DNA of 64,000 nucleotides from Candidatus Hydrothermia bacterium (GTDB lineage Bacteria; Hydrothermota; Hydrothermia; UBA1063): NCBI GenBank assembly GCA_049719805.1, contig JBNARF010000002.1, positions 15,805 to 79,804 of the forward strand, read 5' to 3'. Shown piece by piece: positions 60,451 to 64,000 of this stretch (position 1 is its first letter; each line of letters starts with the position of its first letter). The notes under the pieces were generated by a model. It saw only the letters and a program-made list of their open reading frames with translations, ran no database searches and was not told where the DNA came from. The position numbers and the translations under genes were made by a program.

Positions 60451-61754
60451 GGATAGATTTTTTCCAGCATCCTGGGGAAGGGGATGGTTTCCCTAACGTG
60501 TTTTAGTCCACAAATCCAAGCCACAGTTCTCTCAAGGCCAAGACCATAGCCCCCGTGGGGGACAGAGCCGTATCTTCTGAGGTCCAGATACCATTCAAAG
60601 GCCTCCTGGGGCAGGTTAAATTCTTTAATGCGCTGAATAAGGGTTTCAAGGTCGTCCTCTCTTTGAGAACCACCAACAATCTCACCATATCCCTCCGGTG
60701 CAAGAATATCCATAGCAAGGGCCAGTTCGGGATTTTCGGGGTCCCTTTTCATGTAAAAAGCCTTAATTTTTGCAGGGTAGCGGTGTACTATTACGGGTCT
60801 ATCGAATTCCTCCGAAATAGCCGTTTCCTCGTCTCCACCAAAATCGTCACCCCATTTAATAGGGAACCCCTTCCTCTGCAGGAGTTCTATTGCTTCTGTA
60901 TAAGTAATCCGGGGGAATGGCTTTTTTATTTTTTCCAGCTTTGAAATGTCTCTTTCCAGAATTTTGAGTTCCTCCTGCCTTTTATCAAGAACCTGCTCAA
61001 CAATATAAACTATAAGTCCTTCGGCGTTCTCCATTACGTCGTTAAGTTCGGCATAGGCAATCTCCGGTTCTACCATCCAGAATTCCATTAGGTGTCTTCT
61101 GGTTTTTGACTTTTCAGCTCTGAATGTGGGTCCAAAACAGTAGGTTTTTCCATGGGCCATGCACGTGGCCTCCTGATATAGCTGGCCTGACTGGCTCAGG
61201 TAAGCTTTTTCACCGAAGTAGTCGGTTTCAAATAGAGTGGTAGTACCTTCACAGGCGGCAGGGGTTAAAATGGGGGAATCCATCCTGATAAATCCGAGAT
61301 TGTCAAAGTAATCATGGATAGCCTTTTCAATGGTGTGTCTTATTCTCATAATAGCCCACTGGCGGCGGGTGCGTAGCCAGAGATGTCTTATGGGCAGGAG
61401 TACGCCGGGGTCTGGAATATTATCTTCTCTAACTTTGGGAATTGGAAAGTTTTCACACTTCTGCACAATATTTATGTACGAAAGGTCTAATTCCACGCCT
61501 CCTGGTGCCCTATGGTCCTCTCTGATTTTTCCCCTTACTATTAGAGAAGTCTCAAGGGTTAATTCGTCAAAAAGGTCAAAATATCTGTCTTCTATTTGCC
61601 CCTTAACCATTACGCACTGGAGGAATCCGCTTCCATCACGAACAATAACAAATCGCACCTTTCCCGAGGACCTTTTATTGTAAACCCATCCCCTGATTTC
61701 AACCTCTTCGCCAATGAAATTCCTGAGTTTATCAATGGTTGTAACTGTAGCCAT
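60447..61754 (-). CDS. asnS: asparaginyl-tRNA synthetase
   Basis: 435 aa. N-terminal OB fold. Class II motifs including [21 protein letters not shown] (AsnRS-type motif 2) and GGYGLGLER motif 3. Confidence 0.85.
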
Positions 61755-61810
61755 TTTGAAATTTTACAATGGGAGTGGTGTAATTTCAAAACACAAATTA
61801 GTTAGTAACA

Positions 61811-62386
61811 TTGTTCGTGCGTTGGATATTATTTCGGTTAACCTTTTGGGAACTTTTGACTTATTGCTTTATAATGTGTTATCATATGGATTTAAAGGAG
61901 ATTTTGTCCGGGATTGAGAATTCTTCAGGTCCAGAAAAGGCGAACTGGATCAAGAGACTTGGTAACCTAAATTACAGTTCTTTATATGAGTTCTTCGATA
62001 TGCTTAAGGTACTGGTGCGACACCTTAAAGACGAAGATCCTGTGGTTAGAGAGACAGCTCTTTCGGTACTGGAGCAGGTGATTTTTGGCATGTCCATTGA
62101 GAAAATCATAGGAGTGGGTACTCCCTTTGACATTTCACAGGAATTGTCCCCAGAATATGCGGATTTCACTGTGCAAAAAAGAGAAGATGTTAACGACGTA
62201 GATTCAATGCATCATGAAATCCACGATTTTGCGGATTTTGTTGGGGATTTTCACTATGAAAATGAAACACATAATGACTTACCCGAGTCCAGCTCCAAAT
62301 TAAAGAAGGACGAAAATTATCGTATTCTAATGGAAAAAAGAGAAAAGTATATAGACTTGTGGGATTTCGAGATCCCTGAGGAATGA
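61811..62386 (+). CDS. hypothetical acidic protein
   Basis: 191-aa ORF. Likely real start at the internal M (MDLKEILSGIE, ~61886). No known domain. Confidence 0.4.
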   Translation: MFVRWILFRLTFWELLTYCFIMCYHMDLKEILSGIENSSGPEKANWIKRLGNLNYSSLYEFFDMLKVLVRHLKDEDPVVRETALSVLEQVIFGMSIEKIIGVGTPFDISQELSPEYADFTVQKREDVNDVDSMHHEIHDFADFVGDFHYENETHNDLPESSSKLKKDENYRILMEKREKYIDLWDFEIPEE

Positions 62387-62387
62387 A

Positions 62388-63206
62388 ATGTATCGGTGTG
62401 ACCTTCATCTGCATACTACGAAATCCGACGGGCTATATACTCCAAAGGATCTTGTGTATTATCTTTACAGCAAGGGCATAAAATTCTTATCCATAACAGA
62501 TCACGACTCCATTGAAGGTATAGAAGAGGCATCCGAGGAGGCTGAAAAATTGGGAATGACTGTTATTCCTGGCATAGAACTCTCTGCGGAGTATAAAAAT
62601 GAAGAGGTTCATGTTTTAGGCTATTTCATTGATATCCGTTCTCTGGAACTCCAGAGATATCTGGAAAAGCTACGGGAGGCCAGAAGAGATAGGTTCATTA
62701 AAATAATAGAAAAATTGAGAGATTTGGGAATGGAAATAAGGGTTGATCTAAGTAGTTTTGACAAAAATCAGTCCATTGGACGTCCTCATGTGGCTAAAGA
62801 GATGGTAAAGCAGGGATATGTTTCCAGCGTTGAGGAAGCCTTTGCAAAATATCTGGGAGATGGGGGGCCTGCCTATGTTAAGAAATTCAAAATATCTGTC
62901 CCTGAGGCAATTGATATTATTCATAGTAGCGGGGGAGTAGCAGTGATTGCACATCCGGGCTTATTAAACAGGATGATCGAGGTTATCAATGTGGCCATTG
63001 CCAGTGGAGTGGATGGCATAGAAGTCTTTCATCCAAAAAATCCGCCTTATACTGAAAGCACTCTTCTGGAGATAGCCTTTAAAAACAATCTACTGGTAAC
63101 CGGTGGTACGGACTTTCACGGAACTCTTGACGAACAGGATTATTTTAACGATTTTAAACTGGAGTGTGAGGTTGAGGAAAAGAAAATTAATGTGAGGAAA
63201 AAATGA
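62388..63206 (+). CDS. PHP-domain metal-dependent phosphoesterase (TrpH/YciV-like)
   Basis: CDLHLHTTKSDGLYTPKDLV N-terminal PHP motif. ...GVAVIAHPG... 272 aa. Confidence 0.8.
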   Translation: MYRCDLHLHTTKSDGLYTPKDLVYYLYSKGIKFLSITDHDSIEGIEEASEEAEKLGMTVIPGIELSAEYKNEEVHVLGYFIDIRSLELQRYLEKLREARRDRFIKIIEKLRDLGMEIRVDLSSFDKNQSIGRPHVAKEMVKQGYVSSVEEAFAKYLGDGGPAYVKKFKISVPEAIDIIHSSGGVAVIAHPGLLNRMIEVINVAIASGVDGIEVFHPKNPPYTESTLLEIAFKNNLLVTGGTDFHGTLDEQDYFNDFKLECEVEEKKINVRKK

Positions 63207-64000
63207 TAAGGCCTGTGGAAATTTTTCGAGATACTATCAAAATTATTGACCAGACCAAGTTGCCAGATTTAGTTAGGTTTGAATATATCTATACCCTTCA
63301 GGATGCTTTGGATGCCATAAAGCACTTAAAGGTGAGAGGAGCACCCCTTATTGGAATTTTTTCAGCATATGCAGTGGTGCAGGTATTAAGGGGTTCAGAC
63401 GAAGGAGATGTTGAGAGGTTAAGAAACATAGGTATCACTGCCATAAATGAGTTACGGAGAACCCGTCCCACTGCCGTTAATCTTTTTTACGCTTTGAATC
63501 GAATGGAGAAATTACTTGTTGAATCAAAGTGTAATACTAAGGAAGAGCTGGTGGAACTTGTTCTGGAAGAGGCTCGAAAGATAGACAAAGAAGAAGGTGA
63601 AAGCTGCGAAAGAATGGCAGAATTGGGAGAGAGTTTGTTGCCTTCGGAGTGTAGCTTGATGACCATTTGTAACACTGGTTATCTTGCCACAAATCACATT
63701 GGAACAGCTCTGGGTGTGATATACAAAGCTAAAGAAAAGGGGAAGTTATCAAGGGTTTTTGTCCTGGAAACGAGGCCGGTTCTGCAGGGAGCGAGGCTCA
63801 CTACCTGGGAACTTCTGGAAAATGGCATTACACCTGTTTTAATTACTGATAATCAAGCAGCTTTCATTATGAAGAAGGAGAAGATTGATGCAATTCTTGT
63901 GGGAGCTGACAGGATTGCAAGAAACGGTGATACAGCCAATAAGATCGGAACCTACATGCTGGCGATATTGGCGAAATACCATGGTGTACCATTTTATGTG
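63203..64000 (+). CDS. mtnA: S-methyl-5-thioribose-1-phosphate isomerase (eIF2B-like family), 3' end beyond window
   Basis: ATGA overlap with upstream stop. MIRPVEIFRDTIKIIDQTKLP...VRGAPLIGIFSAYAV... is the typical MtnA N-terminus. Confidence 0.7.
   Translation, partial: MIRPVEIFRDTIKIIDQTKLPDLVRFEYIYTLQDALDAIKHLKVRGAPLIGIFSAYAVVQVLRGSDEGDVERLRNIGITAINELRRTRPTAVNLFYALNRMEKLLVESKCNTKEELVELVLEEARKIDKEEGESCERMAELGESLLPSECSLMTICNTGYLATNHIGTALGVIYKAKEKGKLSRVFVLETRPVLQGARLTTWELLENGITPVLITDNQAAFIMKKEKIDAILVGADRIARNGDTANKIGTYMLAILAKYHGVPFYV

Noticed and set aside
44040-64000. Prophage, IS or integrase content explaining the accessory island
   Set aside because: No transposase, integrase, tRNA or terminal inverted repeats were recognisable. 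The island is better explained as a degraded CRISPR-Cas locus.

Overview
AT-rich chromosomal segment from a diderm, probably thermophilic bacterium (reverse gyrase present; outer-membrane beta-barrel and OmpA-like proteins). Core content: HAD hydrolase (partial), rpmA, recJ, metK and ahcY at the head of a tightly packed operon that continues through four unknown membrane proteins, lspA and an OMP, then hutU. Next comes a Wzx/Wzy-dependent polysaccharide cluster (GT2, polyprenyl-P sugar transferase, GT4, Wzz-like, GT2, Wzy-like, GT4, Wzx on the opposite strand). A reverse gyrase gene carries one in-frame TAG at a conserved Gln position. A SAM-dependent methyltransferase follows. A 14.7-kb minus-strand operon encodes four secreted DUF11-repeat surface proteins (184, 942, 2359 and 1421 aa). 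The 2359-aa protein combines adhesin-like repeats, two OmpA-like domains and a C-terminal beta-barrel. The most unusual part is an 11-kb low-coding-density island (about 48.3-59.1 kb) that looks like a decayed type III-A CRISPR-Cas locus. It has a 2-repeat CRISPR remnant whose repeats end in ATTGAAAC, a cas6 with two in-frame stops, and an N-terminal HD fragment of cas10/csm1. It also has an intact CARF-HEPN (Csx1/Csm6-like) gene with an RNxxAHxG motif. Two paralogous ~480-aa proteins of unknown family are interleaved with these. Each carries a thrice-repeated beta-strand/Gly-loop/helix motif. One heads a translationally coupled 4-gene operon directly after the CRISPR remnant; the other sits directly after csx1. 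I propose them as candidate novel cyclic-oligoadenylate-linked ancillary proteins. The window ends with a FolK-Ogt fusion ORF, asnS, a PHP phosphoesterase and the start of mtnA.
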